Shown: positions 18,816 to 29,117, numbered from the stretch's first letter. The stretch is DNA of 64,000 bases from Ignavibacteriales bacterium (GCA_037443785.1 JBBINR010000003.1:11950-75949); one strand, 5' to 3'. Program-made: numbers and translations. The notes: generated from the letters alone by a model not told the origin.

Positions 18816-19693
18816 TTATTCAAGAGAATTATATTGAGATTGACTTTGATGCGGTGAAGAAATTTCGTTCACTCACTATAACATCCACGGCTGAAATTAC
18901 ACTCAGCAAGTTAATGCTAAAGAATCAGAACACCGGAACGTATGAGAGCGTTGATGCTGCTATTTATGTTGATGGCAATGAGGCGCACCTCCCTTTTTAT
19001 TTTCACACTGGCACGATTGAGATTATTCCCGATCTGCTCGGAAGCGGATTGATGATTGAGGGTGTCGGGTTAAATAATATTAGCAATGTTGTTGTTGATG
19101 ATCTACCGGTTCAGGACGTTGATTATTCCGGTGTTGTCGCCGGTGAAGCAAAGGAACGCGCTGACGGTGATGAAGCCTTGCTATCGGCGATTAATGCAGA
19201 AGCTACAGCGCGGTCAGTTGCGGATATAAATGAAGCGTCTGCTCGTGCTGCGGCGGATTCTACCCTTCAATCCGCTATCGATGCAAAGATTAATTACTGC
19301 CAACTTCCGATGGCATTTGAAAGCGGGTTCGGTGCGAGTGTAACGCGCTATGTTACTCCGGCATATTATAATGTTTCTTCGGTGAGCGGTGATATGCGTT
19401 ATCCTGTTGGTGACCGTGATATTACAATTCATGCTTTCACAATTTTAGGAAGACCAGCAACGTCGCCGGCACAGAATTATACGCACACATTTACTTTGCG
19501 AGTGAACGGTGTTGATACTGCAATGTCCGGGACAATTACAGTAACGCCGGCAGGTGGAATTGGTTATTATGAATTGACGGTAACTACCGGTGCACCCATT
19601 ACTGTTGCAGCTGGTTCATGGATAGATATTAAATGTGTCATCGCTGGTAATGGATTTATTAAGTTCAGCGGTAATATTTTGATAGGGATTTAA
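18812..19693 (+). CDS. Tail fibre or collar protein
   Basis: 293 aa with an Ala-rich coiled segment (EATARSVADINEASARAAADSTLQSAIDAKI). Last phage gene. Confidence 0.45.
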   Translation: MIIQENYIEIDFDAVKKFRSLTITSTAEITLSKLMLKNQNTGTYESVDAAIYVDGNEAHLPFYFHTGTIEIIPDLLGSGLMIEGVGLNNISNVVVDDLPVQDVDYSGVVAGEAKERADGDEALLSAINAEATARSVADINEASARAAADSTLQSAIDAKINYCQLPMAFESGFGASVTRYVTPAYYNVSSVSGDMRYPVGDRDITIHAFTILGRPATSPAQNYTHTFTLRVNGVDTAMSGTITVTPAGGIGYYELTVTTGAPITVAAGSWIDIKCVIAGNGFIKFSGNILIGI

Positions 19694-19788
19694 AGAGGGT
19701 TTGAATGATTACCCAAAATGATTTAGGAATAAAAAAAAATCTTAAAGCTGACAAATTAGCAGAGAAAAAAATAATGGGAAAATGCTAT

Positions 19789-19826
19789 TCCTCATTTAAA
19801 GTGACCTCAATCCTCATTTAAAGTGA
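19789..19826. repeat. Two copies of 16-bp direct repeat TCCTCATTTAAAGTGA, 22 bp apart, at the prophage-host junction
   Basis: Seen directly at 19789-19804 and 19811-19826. Confidence 0.6.
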
Positions 19827-19975
19827 TCGCATACAGAACAAGTGAAAAGCGATAATACGACTATCAAGAAAACGATTGGCAATCTTCACGTTGCTTCACT
19901 TCTTTTCTTTCGCTACTTTTCTGTCGTCATTTTTTCAAGCCGTCATTTATCAATAACAATCACTCCGCTTACACC

Positions 19976-21325
19976 ATGAAAAAAATATTGCTCCTGCTCG
20001 TTGTAACGTCGTTTCTTTATTCGCAAACACCAACTCAATACGCAAAAGAAAACGCCCGTCATTCCGAAAAATGGGTAACGAATGGAATTATTTACGAAGT
20101 ATTTCCACGAGTTTTTTCCAAAGAGGGAAATTTTGCCGGCGTTGAAAAGAAAATTCCTGAAATTAAAAAACTTGGTGCAACAATTCTCTGGCTGATGCCG
20201 ATTCAACCTGTCGGAATTGAAAAGAGAAAAGGGACGCTTGGAAGTCCATACTCCATTAAAGATTACTATGGCATCAATCCTGAATACGGAACGCTTGACG
20301 ATTTCAAGAAATTAGTCAGCGTAGCACACGACAACGGTTTGAAAATTATTATCGATCTCGTGGCGAATCACACATCGTGGGACAGCAAATTATTTACGGA
20401 ACATCCCGAATGGTTTACAAAAGACAGCGCGGGAAAATTTATTCCGCCGGTTGCCGATTGGAGTGATGTTGTCGATCTGGATTATTCACAGCCTGGATTG
20501 CGTCGTTACATGATTGAGATGTTGAAATACTGGGTGAGAGATATTGGTATTGACGGATATCGATGCGATGTTGCCGAAATGGTGCCGACAGATTTCTGGA
20601 ATGAGGCGCGCGCTGCGCTGGATTCTTTGAAACCAATCGTAATGCTTGCCGAAGGACAATATCCTGAACAACATCTGAAAGCATTCGATCTCACATATTC
20701 ATGGAATTTTTATCACGACATGGGTGATGTCATCAAAGGAAGCAAAACCGCAGCCGAAATGGATTCGATCCTTTATCGCGAATCGTTGGCATATCCGAAA
20801 GGATCTCTGCGCATGCGTTTCAGCTCCAATCACGATGAGAATGCGTGGGATAATCCCGATGTGGTAAAATTTGGCGAGGATGGAGCGAAACTTGCGGCTG
20901 TTCTTACGAACACATTTCCCGGAGTTCCGCTTCTCTATAACGGGCAAGAAATCGGCAACGACAAGAAATTAGGATTATTTGAAAAATTTGAAATTGATTG
21001 GACAAAAGGAAAAGCGTGGAGAGAATTTTATACAAAATTATTTTCGATCAGAAAAAATAATTCGTCGCTTGCAACAGACGACTATCAATGTGTAAAAAAC
21101 AATCGGCCAGATCAGGTGTATGCATTTATCCGCACAAACGGAAAAAATACAATTCTTGCGGCATTTAATTTCTCCAGCAGCGAGCGAACAGTACATCTTA
21201 AACTTCCGAAAGCATTTCCGTCATTACGATTTGTCAACGCCTTTACAGGGAAAAAAATAGCATATAAAAATATTGAAAAAATCACTCTGCCGAAATTCGG
21301 CTACAGAGTATTTGTTGTGGAATAA
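19976..21325 (+). CDS. Secreted alpha-amylase family GH13 enzyme
   Basis: Signal peptide; GH13 regions DLVANH, GIDGYRCDVAEM, MLAEG, FSSNHDE. Confidence 0.85.
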   Translation: MKKILLLLVVTSFLYSQTPTQYAKENARHSEKWVTNGIIYEVFPRVFSKEGNFAGVEKKIPEIKKLGATILWLMPIQPVGIEKRKGTLGSPYSIKDYYGINPEYGTLDDFKKLVSVAHDNGLKIIIDLVANHTSWDSKLFTEHPEWFTKDSAGKFIPPVADWSDVVDLDYSQPGLRRYMIEMLKYWVRDIGIDGYRCDVAEMVPTDFWNEARAALDSLKPIVMLAEGQYPEQHLKAFDLTYSWNFYHDMGDVIKGSKTAAEMDSILYRESLAYPKGSLRMRFSSNHDENAWDNPDVVKFGEDGAKLAAVLTNTFPGVPLLYNGQEIGNDKKLGLFEKFEIDWTKGKAWREFYTKLFSIRKNNSSLATDDYQCVKNNRPDQVYAFIRTNGKNTILAAFNFSSSERTVHLKLPKAFPSLRFVNAFTGKKIAYKNIEKITLPKFGYRVFVVE

Positions 21326-21369
21326 CCCCCCCTGTCCTTCGGACATCTCCCCCCTTGAAGGGGGGGGAG
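21326..21369 (+). terminator. GC-rich double hairpin (C7 ... TGTCC-ttc-GGACA ... CTCCCCCC-loop-GGGGGGAG) after the amylase gene
   Basis: Complementary arms seen directly; no U-tract. Confidence 0.4.
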
Positions 21370-21400
21370 AATTAAAGCGGGAGTCGTATAGGAGTCTGCT

Positions 21401-22549
21401 ATGAAACACGAACGTCTTCTTTCTCTTGATGCATTCCGCGGATTTACGATTGCCGGAATGATTCTTGTCAACAATCCCGGTTCTTGGTCACACATCTATC
21501 CGCAATTAGAGCATGCTGAGTGGAGCGGGTGGACATTTACGGATTGGATTTTTCCTTTCTTTCTGTGGATCGTCGGTGTGGCGATGACGTTTTCTTTTGC
21601 CGTCCGCGCTGCGAAAGGAGATTCGAAGCAAAAACTTTTGTTGAATGTATTTCGACGTTCAGCGATCATTTTTGCTCTTGGACTTTTTCTCGCAGGATTT
21701 CCATTCGGTTTATTGTGGGGACATCATTTCAGCTGGGCAGCAATTCGCATTCCCGGTGTTCTTCAGCGTATTGCTGTTTGTTACTTTATTTCGTCACTTA
21801 TTTATCTCTATACAAACACACGCGGACAAATTTTTGCCATCGGGGCTTTATTCGTTTTGTACTGGGTGATGATGTTCTACATTCCAATTCCAGAATTTGG
21901 CACAGGATTGTTTGAAAAAGGAAGAAACTTCGCCGCATATATTGATTCTCTCTTTTTAAACGGGCACATGTGGAGCGCGACAAAAACATGGGATCCGGAA
22001 GGAATTATCAGCACCATTCCGGCAATTGCAACAACATTGTTTGGTGCGTTAACGGGGGATTATCTTCGTCAGTCGGAACATTCCAAGATCGAAAAATCGG
22101 CGTGGATGTTTGTGTTCGGTGCGGTGATGTTGTTGATTGGAGCAGCACTTGATATGTGGATGCCGATCAACAAAAGTTTGTGGACCGTGTCGTATTCAAT
22201 TTTCATGGCAGGCTGGGCGTCGTGTATTTTCGGAATTTTTTATTTTTTGATCGACGCAAAAGGAATAAAAAAATGGGCGTACCCGTTCATTGTGTATGGC
22301 ATGAATGCAATTTTTATTTTTGTCCTTTCCGGCGTTGTCGGGCGTACGATGGGATTGTGGAAATTTAATGTGCAATTGAGTGATGGAACGCGCGCTGATG
22401 TAGCGATGAAAACCATCATCACCCAAAATCTTTTTGATCCATATTTTTCTCCGCTGAACGCCTCGCTCATGCACGCGATCATCTGGATATCCGTGATGTA
22501 TCTTATTGTGTGGGTGATGTATAAAAAGAAATGGTTTGTGAAGGTGTAA
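21401..22549 (+). CDS. Membrane acyltransferase, DUF1624 / HGSNAT-like
   Basis: N-terminus LSLDAFRGFTIAGMILVNNPGSW is the family hallmark; about 10 TM segments. Confidence 0.7.
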   Translation: MKHERLLSLDAFRGFTIAGMILVNNPGSWSHIYPQLEHAEWSGWTFTDWIFPFFLWIVGVAMTFSFAVRAAKGDSKQKLLLNVFRRSAIIFALGLFLAGFPFGLLWGHHFSWAAIRIPGVLQRIAVCYFISSLIYLYTNTRGQIFAIGALFVLYWVMMFYIPIPEFGTGLFEKGRNFAAYIDSLFLNGHMWSATKTWDPEGIISTIPAIATTLFGALTGDYLRQSEHSKIEKSAWMFVFGAVMLLIGAALDMWMPINKSLWTVSYSIFMAGWASCIFGIFYFLIDAKGIKKWAYPFIVYGMNAIFIFVLSGVVGRTMGLWKFNVQLSDGTRADVAMKTIITQNLFDPYFSPLNASLMHAIIWISVMYLIVWVMYKKKWFVKV

Positions 22550-22576
22550 AAAAAATAATTTTACTTCTTTTCTGTT

Positions 22577-22604
22577 TTGAACTTTGAAAACACCTTGGTA
22601 TAAT
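22577..22604 (+). promoter_or_regulatory. Sigma70-like promoter candidate (TTGAAC-16-TATAAT) upstream of the GH2 gene
   Basis: Hexamers seen at 22577-22582 and 22599-22604. May not apply if the host uses FCB-type promoters. Confidence 0.3.
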
Positions 22605-22665
22605 GTTGTTATGCCCTCGGGGTTAAAATATCCTGATTTATACACTATGGTGAAAAATTGTTATT

Positions 22666-24723
22666 ATGAAAGCATTTAGATATACACCTCTATTCATTTT
22701 TCTATTCACTTCCTTCTCGCTTTTTGCATTTCAACGGACTGAAATCAACTTCAACGATTCATGGAAATTCTATAAATCCAATGCGGCCGATGCTGAGAAT
22801 GCTGTGTTCGATGATTCCAAATGGGAATCTATAACTCTTCCTCACACATGGAATAATCTCGATGGGCAGGATGGCGGGAACGATTATTATCGCGGGCCGG
22901 CATGGTACAGAAAGCATTTCACTATTCCGGCTGAATACGGAGGGAAGAAAATCTTCATGAAGTTCGGTGCAGCAAATATGATCACAGATGTGTATCTCAA
23001 TGGAAAACAGATCGGCGAACATAAAGGCGGCTATGCGGCGTTCACATTTGATATTACCGACGGCATTCTCCTTGGAAAAGAAAATGTGCTTGCAGTGAAA
23101 GTTGATAACACGTCGTATCTCACATCGACTGAATTTCATCTTGCACCGCTTCGTGCAGATTTCACGATGTGCGGCGGTATTCATCGTTCTGTGGAATTGA
23201 TCGTAACAGACAAAGTCCATATCACACCGCTCGATTACGGTTCGCCCGGCGTTTATATAAAACAAACCAACGTCAGCAGTGCATCGGCGAATATTCAGGT
23301 CACAACAAAAGTGAAGAATGATGACAATGCGCAGAAAAATATTTCTGTGGAATCTATTATCGTTGATCGTGAAGGAAATGAAGTTAAAAAATTGAATTCA
23401 ACAATTGTGTTGAAGAAAACTCAAAGCGCCGATGTTGTCCAGCAAACAATTATTCAACAACCACATTTGTGGAATGGACGGATTGATCCTTATTTGTATT
23501 CTGTTAAAGTCACGTTGAAAGAAAAAGAAAAAAATATTGATGCAATAACTCAGCCGCTTGGCATTCGGTATTTTTCCATCGATCCCGAAAAAGGATTTTT
23601 CCTTAATGGACAGCCGTACGATCTTCATGGTTTTAATCGGCATGAAGACAAAAAAGATAAAGGTCGAGCCGTCAGCGACAATGACCGCGAGGAAGATATG
23701 CATGCAATTCTCGATATTGGCTCAACCGTTGTACGATTGGCTCACTATCAGCATGCAGATAAAATGTACGAGTTATGCGATAAGAACGGCATTGTAGCGT
23801 GGGCGGAAATTCCTCTTGTCGATCGCATCAGCACGGAAAAAATATTTGGGGAGAATGCGAAATCGCAGCTAATCGAACTGATACGTCAGAACTACAATCA
23901 TCCTTCAGTTTGTTTTTGGAGTTTGTTCAATGAAATCTATCTCCAGGACGGCCCCGATCCTGCTCCACTCATTCGAGAATTGAATGCTCTGGCGCAATCA
24001 GAAGATTCAACACGCCCGACTGTTGGTGCTCTCAATGCCGATGCTCCTGCCATGACGATACCCAACGCTATTGCGATCAATAAATATTTTGGGTGGTATG
24101 AGGGAAATGTTTCCGACTTCGGACCATTTCTTGATAATCTTCATAAAAAATATCCGAACACGACAATTGGTGTGAGTGAATATGGAGCCGGAGGAAGTAT
24201 CTTCCATCACCAGGAGAAGCTAGAAAAAACAGTACACAACGCGATGTGGCATCCCGAAGAATATCAAATGTATATGCACGAAGAGACATGGAAACAATTG
24301 AAAGCGCGTCCATATCTCTGGATTAAAGCACTTTGGAATGGATTTGATTTTTCCGTTGACCAACGAACAGAAGGATTTTCAGCGGGTGTCAATGATAAAG
24401 GATTAGTGACACACGACCACCTCACAAAAAAAGATTCGTATTATTGGTACAAAGCGAATTGGAACAGCGAGCCGATGGTCTTCATCACCGGAAAACATTT
24501 TGCGGCTCGAGATACGAACCAAATCTCTGTTAAAGTATATTCCAATGCGAACGAAGTTGAGCTATTTGTCAATGAAAAATCGCTGGGAACGATGAAGAGC
24601 GAAGATCATATTTTCACTTGGAACAGTGTTGAACTAAATGCGCATCAATCAAACAAGGTGAATGCTGTTATCCATGTCGCCGGAAAAGAGTTAATGGATC
24701 AATGCTGGTGGTATTGTAAATAA
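22666..24723 (+). CDS. Glycoside hydrolase family 2 (beta-galactosidase / beta-glucuronidase-like), secreted
   Basis: Signal peptide; GH2 N-terminal sugar-binding signature NDSWKF...WESITLPHTWN; catalytic WSLFNE. Confidence 0.85.
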   Translation: MKAFRYTPLFIFLFTSFSLFAFQRTEINFNDSWKFYKSNAADAENAVFDDSKWESITLPHTWNNLDGQDGGNDYYRGPAWYRKHFTIPAEYGGKKIFMKFGAANMITDVYLNGKQIGEHKGGYAAFTFDITDGILLGKENVLAVKVDNTSYLTSTEFHLAPLRADFTMCGGIHRSVELIVTDKVHITPLDYGSPGVYIKQTNVSSASANIQVTTKVKNDDNAQKNISVESIIVDREGNEVKKLNSTIVLKKTQSADVVQQTIIQQPHLWNGRIDPYLYSVKVTLKEKEKNIDAITQPLGIRYFSIDPEKGFFLNGQPYDLHGFNRHEDKKDKGRAVSDNDREEDMHAILDIGSTVVRLAHYQHADKMYELCDKNGIVAWAEIPLVDRISTEKIFGENAKSQLIELIRQNYNHPSVCFWSLFNEIYLQDGPDPAPLIRELNALAQSEDSTRPTVGALNADAPAMTIPNAIAINKYFGWYEGNVSDFGPFLDNLHKKYPNTTIGVSEYGAGGSIFHHQEKLEKTVHNAMWHPEEYQMYMHEETWKQLKARPYLWIKALWNGFDFSVDQRTEGFSAGVNDKGLVTHDHLTKKDSYYWYKANWNSEPMVFITGKHFAARDTNQISVKVYSNANEVELFVNEKSLGTMKSEDHIFTWNSVELNAHQSNKVNAVIHVAGKELMDQCWWYCK

Positions 24724-24729
24724 TTCTGC

Positions 24730-25536
24730 ATGAGAAAATATTTTCAGCTTTTTCTTTTTGTTCTTTGTGTATCCGCTCAATCACAAATTCAATTTCATTC
24801 TCCGCTTGAAGAGCATTTGGCACTGGGAAATCCCAGTGCTGCGGTTGTCGATATTTCTGTTGGAAGCAATTATTTAATGATAAAACCGCAATATGTGTTG
24901 TCGTACAGCCGCTTTGCTGGAATTCCGAACTGGGTTGCATGGCATGTGGACAGCATATGGCTTGGCGAAATGCATCGAAGCAATAATTTTCGCGCGGACA
25001 GCACGCTTCCGGAAAAATGGTATCATGTTACCGAATCCAGTTATCGCCGAAGCGGGTACGACCGCGGACATATGTGTCCTTCCGGCGACAGAACGAATAC
25101 GCAGGAAAATAATTCCGCAACATTTCTGATGACTAACATGATTCCGCAAGTGGCAAATAATAATCGAGGACCATGGGCAACGTTGGAAATTTATTGCCGC
25201 GACTTAGTAAAGCAGGGAAAAGAATTATACATCTACTCCGGCGGATACGGATCAAAGGGATTTCTCGACAGCGGGCGGGTCAATATACCGGAGCGGACTT
25301 GGAAAGTAATTGTTGTGCTCGATGCGGGTAATAACGATCTGCAAAGAGTGACGACATCGACACGGACCATTGCCGTCGATATGCCGAACGACAATAGTTT
25401 GATACGCAACCACGATGACTGGAAAATATTTCGAACAACAATTGATGCAATAGAGAAGAAAACTGGATTCAATTTTCTTTCGAAGGTCTCAAATTCAATT
25501 CAGGCAACAATTGAAGCGAAGGTTGATACACAGTAG
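24730..25536 (+). CDS. Secreted DNA/RNA non-specific endonuclease (NUC / Serratia nuclease family)
   Basis: Signal peptide; active-site motif DRGHMCP. Confidence 0.85.
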   Translation: MRKYFQLFLFVLCVSAQSQIQFHSPLEEHLALGNPSAAVVDISVGSNYLMIKPQYVLSYSRFAGIPNWVAWHVDSIWLGEMHRSNNFRADSTLPEKWYHVTESSYRRSGYDRGHMCPSGDRTNTQENNSATFLMTNMIPQVANNNRGPWATLEIYCRDLVKQGKELYIYSGGYGSKGFLDSGRVNIPERTWKVIVVLDAGNNDLQRVTTSTRTIAVDMPNDNSLIRNHDDWKIFRTTIDAIEKKTGFNFLSKVSNSIQATIEAKVDTQ

Positions 25537-25574
25537 CAGTGGAAAATTTTTTCTTTTATCGTAGTCTTGGTTGT

Positions 25575-26843
25575 TTAATTCTCTAACGGCAGTTTCAGAA
25601 TGTAAACAGGTTTCAGCTTTTCTTCAGGGAATATCTTCCCATCCTGCGTAAAACTCTCCAATTGACTGTCCGCAATGTAATAAAAATCATCACCGACAAT
25701 TACACCGGTCGTTGGAATGTTGTGATTCGGGTGATTTGATTCTAAAATTGTTGCTTTCATTACCGCGTCGAAATTATTGTTCAATTCAAATTTCATGATG
25801 CGTGATTGCGGACCGGCACTGTTTTGTACACCAACCAAATTGTTATCATAAAAATACAAGCCGTCTATTCCGGTCAATGTTGTTTTGGCTTTTGTTGAAA
25901 TCAAAATTGTTTGCGTATCCGCGATAGAAATCCTGCTGATGCCTTGCCAGTGCGCAACAAACAGATATTTTTGATCAGGAGAAACAGTAATACCGTTGGG
26001 ATAAATCATTTTGGCGTCTTTATACCAGCGATGCAAGCTTTTATTCTTTGCATCAATGGTGTACACGGCTCCTTCTTTGCTATCGGTGAGATAAACATCG
26101 CCGTTCGAAAGGATGGTTAAATCGTTGAACATGTGCTGTAGTGTATCGCTTGGCGCATACGTACGAATCAATTTTTTCGTTTCGAGATCGTATTGATGCA
26201 CGATCGATTTGCCAATCTCTTCCTTTGCGACGATCTTTGCATTTCCTGATTGCATGGTGCTCAGCACCCACAGTTGATTTCGTGCCGCATCAACACGCAT
26301 TCCCAATGTGCTCAGCAACCCATTGCTTGCTTCCCCTGCAAAATCGAATGTTGAACCGTCGGGAAGAAGACCAACAATTTTTCGTTTGTAAATACTGCTG
26401 AGGTAGAAAATATTTTTACGAGGATCGTACGTTATTCCTTCAGGAATCAAATCTTTTTCGTAAATGGTAAACGCGAGTCCGCTGGCAACCACTGATGAGA
26501 TTTTCTTTGCCCGTGCAGAAATTTCTTTCAACAGGGAATGTTTCCACACTTTCATGAATCCGCTGTCGGCTTCAATGTGGTAATCAAATCCAATTACCGC
26601 AATATCATCCAGCAGTTCGATACACTTTGTTTTTTGCCCGTTCATGGCATAGGCTTTGGCAAGATTGACCCTCAATGAAAGATCGAAAGGAGCAAGAGTA
26701 TGCGCTTGCTGTGCGTGCTTCAGAAATCCGGTCGTGTCATGTTCGGCGAGTTTCTGCTGAGAAAGGGAATATACCTCAGACACATTTTGCGCACGCAATG
26801 TGGAAGAAAATAAGAGCAGTGCAAGAAAAATGTTTCGTTTCAT
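25575..26843 (-). CDS. Secreted TPR-like plus SMP-30/gluconolactonase-like beta-propeller protein
   Basis: Start at MKRNIFLALLLFSSTLRAQ (signal peptide). C-terminal repeats typical of SGL lactonase-like propellers. Confidence 0.55.
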   Translation of the reverse strand: MKRNIFLALLLFSSTLRAQNVSEVYSLSQQKLAEHDTTGFLKHAQQAHTLAPFDLSLRVNLAKAYAMNGQKTKCIELLDDIAVIGFDYHIEADSGFMKVWKHSLLKEISARAKKISSVVASGLAFTIYEKDLIPEGITYDPRKNIFYLSSIYKRKIVGLLPDGSTFDFAGEASNGLLSTLGMRVDAARNQLWVLSTMQSGNAKIVAKEEIGKSIVHQYDLETKKLIRTYAPSDTLQHMFNDLTILSNGDVYLTDSKEGAVYTIDAKNKSLHRWYKDAKMIYPNGITVSPDQKYLFVAHWQGISRISIADTQTILISTKAKTTLTGIDGLYFYDNNLVGVQNSAGPQSRIMKFELNNNFDAVMKATILESNHPNHNIPTTGVIVGDDFYYIADSQLESFTQDGKIFPEEKLKPVYILKLPLEN

Positions 26844-26892
26844 ATTTTCTTTAGTGATGTGAAATTGTTTAAAATATTTTACCATTCTGTTT

Positions 26893-28551
26893 TTATCGCC
26901 ACAATGCCGTGACCAAAATTTGCGCGAGAACAATTTTCGTGATCATTGATGCAGGATAAACCATGGCATAATGAATATTTGGCTGATCGTTTTGTGCCTG
27001 CTGATTTGCATAGGCAAGATACGCCGGCTGTGTTCCTAAGCCGCTCATCACTCCCATCACTGCTGACATTGGCAAACGAAGATACTTATATCCGAGGATG
27101 ATTGTCAACACCGTGGCAACCGTTGTAATGATTGCACCGGCGGCAAGATACTCAAATCCACCTGAGCGAAATGTTGCGCCGAATCCATCTCCCGCCTTTG
27201 TACCAATGCCCGCAAGGAAGAAAACAAGTCCGATTTGTCGCAGCACGAGGTTTGCGCTGTAGGGCATTGTCCATGTAATTGAACCGGTGCGCTGCAACCG
27301 CCCAAGAATGAGGGACACAACCAGCGGACCTCCGGCAAATCCTAATTTAAATGTTGAACCGTTCGGAAGGGGAATCGGCATCATGCCGATGAAAACGCCG
27401 ATGACGATGCCGAGCGAGATCGAAAGAAAATCTGTTTCGGAAATTGCTTTCATCGAATCGCCGAAAAATTTTGTAATCCGTTGAATATTTTCGTGACGAG
27501 AGACGACACGCACACGATCGCCGAGTTCAAGCCGCGTATCGGGTGACGGAACAAAATCAATGTCGCCGCGGCGAATGCGTGTAATTGTGGCACCGAACTC
27601 TTTTTCTAAATGCAATTCACTGATTAGCTTGCCGACGGCCTCCTCGCTTGACACAAACATGCGGCGGTATTCGAATCCTGCATGGTCAAGTGAGACCGGT
27701 TCATCAGACAATTCGCCAATGAAAACACGTGCTCGTTCTAATTCATCCGGTGTGCCGACGGCAACGAGCTGATCTCCCTGCTGGAAAATCGTTTCAGGAA
27801 GCACGATGTTGATTTCGCTCCCCCGTTTGTATCGGCTGAGCACGAAGCGACGCTGTACGATCAGCTTCAATACATCGTTTGCGGATTTGCCGACAATAGC
27901 AGGATTGGTTACGCGAAATGTCTGTGCTTGAATCGATCCGGCGCCCGTTTCCTTCATGCGATCTGATTCTTCTTTTATAAAATCCACTTTATATATTTTG
28001 ATAAAAAGATATGTCCACAAAATCACGCCGAGCACGCCGAATGGATAGGTGAGTCCGTATGTGATGACGGGGGCGTTGATCAATTGATTGCGCAATTCTT
28101 CGGGATGCTGTGCGGTGAACGATTTTACCGCTTCCACAGAAGCAGCAAGTGCTGGAGTGTTAGTGAGTGCGCCGCAAAATAATCCTGCCGCATATGGCGC
28201 GCCAAGGGAAAAGATATGCGCAAAAATGGCCGTCGCTCCCGCGGAAATAATCAGCACGGCAATAACAAACAGATTTGATTTGAGGCTTTTTTGATTGAAC
28301 GATGAAAAAAAACTTGGCCCCGATTGCAAGCCAACGGAGTAAACAAAAAGGACGAGGCCGATCACATAGATTTCGTCCGAAAGAGCAAGCTGTTTATCCA
28401 ACGCTCCGAAAGCGATGCCGACAAACAGAACAGCGGCTACGCCAAGACTGAATCCGTAAATTTTAATTTGGCCGAGAAGATAACCGATGCCGATAACCGA
28501 AAATAGCAGAAGTAATTTATTATGAGCAAGAAGAGCGATAAATGATTCCAT
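26893..28551 (-). CDS. AAE-family transporter (YidE/YbjL/AspT-like) with two TrkA-C domains
   Basis: 552 aa with duplicated membrane halves flanking two RCK_C-like soluble domains. Confidence 0.75.
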   Translation of the reverse strand: MESFIALLAHNKLLLLFSVIGIGYLLGQIKIYGFSLGVAAVLFVGIAFGALDKQLALSDEIYVIGLVLFVYSVGLQSGPSFFSSFNQKSLKSNLFVIAVLIISAGATAIFAHIFSLGAPYAAGLFCGALTNTPALAASVEAVKSFTAQHPEELRNQLINAPVITYGLTYPFGVLGVILWTYLFIKIYKVDFIKEESDRMKETGAGSIQAQTFRVTNPAIVGKSANDVLKLIVQRRFVLSRYKRGSEINIVLPETIFQQGDQLVAVGTPDELERARVFIGELSDEPVSLDHAGFEYRRMFVSSEEAVGKLISELHLEKEFGATITRIRRGDIDFVPSPDTRLELGDRVRVVSRHENIQRITKFFGDSMKAISETDFLSISLGIVIGVFIGMMPIPLPNGSTFKLGFAGGPLVVSLILGRLQRTGSITWTMPYSANLVLRQIGLVFFLAGIGTKAGDGFGATFRSGGFEYLAAGAIITTVATVLTIILGYKYLRLPMSAVMGVMSGLGTQPAYLAYANQQAQNDQPNIHYAMVYPASMITKIVLAQILVTALWR

Positions 28552-28686
28552 ACGTAGTCAATAAACAAGTGAAGATATTACTATTATACGAACTAAAGGT
28601 ACGGAGAAATGAAGTGAAATGACAGAAGGAATTGAGGTGTTTGTATCTTGCATTTTCAAAAGGTGAACGATACATTGAAATAAAAA

Positions 28687-29103
28687 ATGAAGATTCATAC
28701 AACAAATTATGCCGATACATTTATTGAAGCGGCAGGAGACTGTCCTGTGAGGAACGCCGAAGTTCCGCCCGAAAAAAATGGAGAGAAAACGGCGGCGAAT
28801 ATTCAATTTGAAATGATCAAAAAGAATCCGTATAAATTTACTTCTGACGATATTCTCTTTGCCGTCTATACTATAAAGAATAAGATTCCAGCGGAAAAGA
28901 AAACGACAGAAAAAGAAAAATTTTTTTCGAAGGCACAGCCGTGCTTTCGTTCTTCACCATTAACAAAACGATACGGCTGGGGAGTTCACAGCAATGCGGA
29001 AGGGAAAATTGCTATTTATGAAATTGAATCGGCTGAATACAAAAAGTTATCCCAAGATAAAAATTTACGACATCTCGGCGCGATGCGTTCAAAACGTATT
29101 TAA
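28687..29103 (+). CDS. Hypothetical protein
   Basis: 138-aa ORF upstream of the MBL gene. Confidence 0.45.
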   Translation: MKIHTTNYADTFIEAAGDCPVRNAEVPPEKNGEKTAANIQFEMIKKNPYKFTSDDILFAVYTIKNKIPAEKKTTEKEKFFSKAQPCFRSSPLTKRYGWGVHSNAEGKIAIYEIESAEYKKLSQDKNLRHLGAMRSKRI

Positions 29104-29117
29104 CAGGTGAGTATTCT

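Larger units (their letters stand above)
1..19700. mobile_element. Prophage, right-hand part; siphovirus-like, with two divergent morphogenesis modules flanking a cro/cI-like switch. Left end lies outside the window.
   Basis: Contiguous run of TerL, DUF935 portal, scaffold, major capsid, G/GT chaperone, tape measure and tail fibres. It ends before the host GH13 gene at 19976. Confidence 0.75.

Noticed and set aside
19789-19826. CRISPR-like array at the prophage junction
   Set aside because: Only two 16-bp repeat copies with a 6-bp spacer and no cas genes. More likely att or regulatory repeats.
19694-19975. tRNA gene as integration target
   Set aside because: No acceptor or T-arm pattern (no GTTCGAATC-like T-loop) and no cloverleaf-compatible complementarity found.
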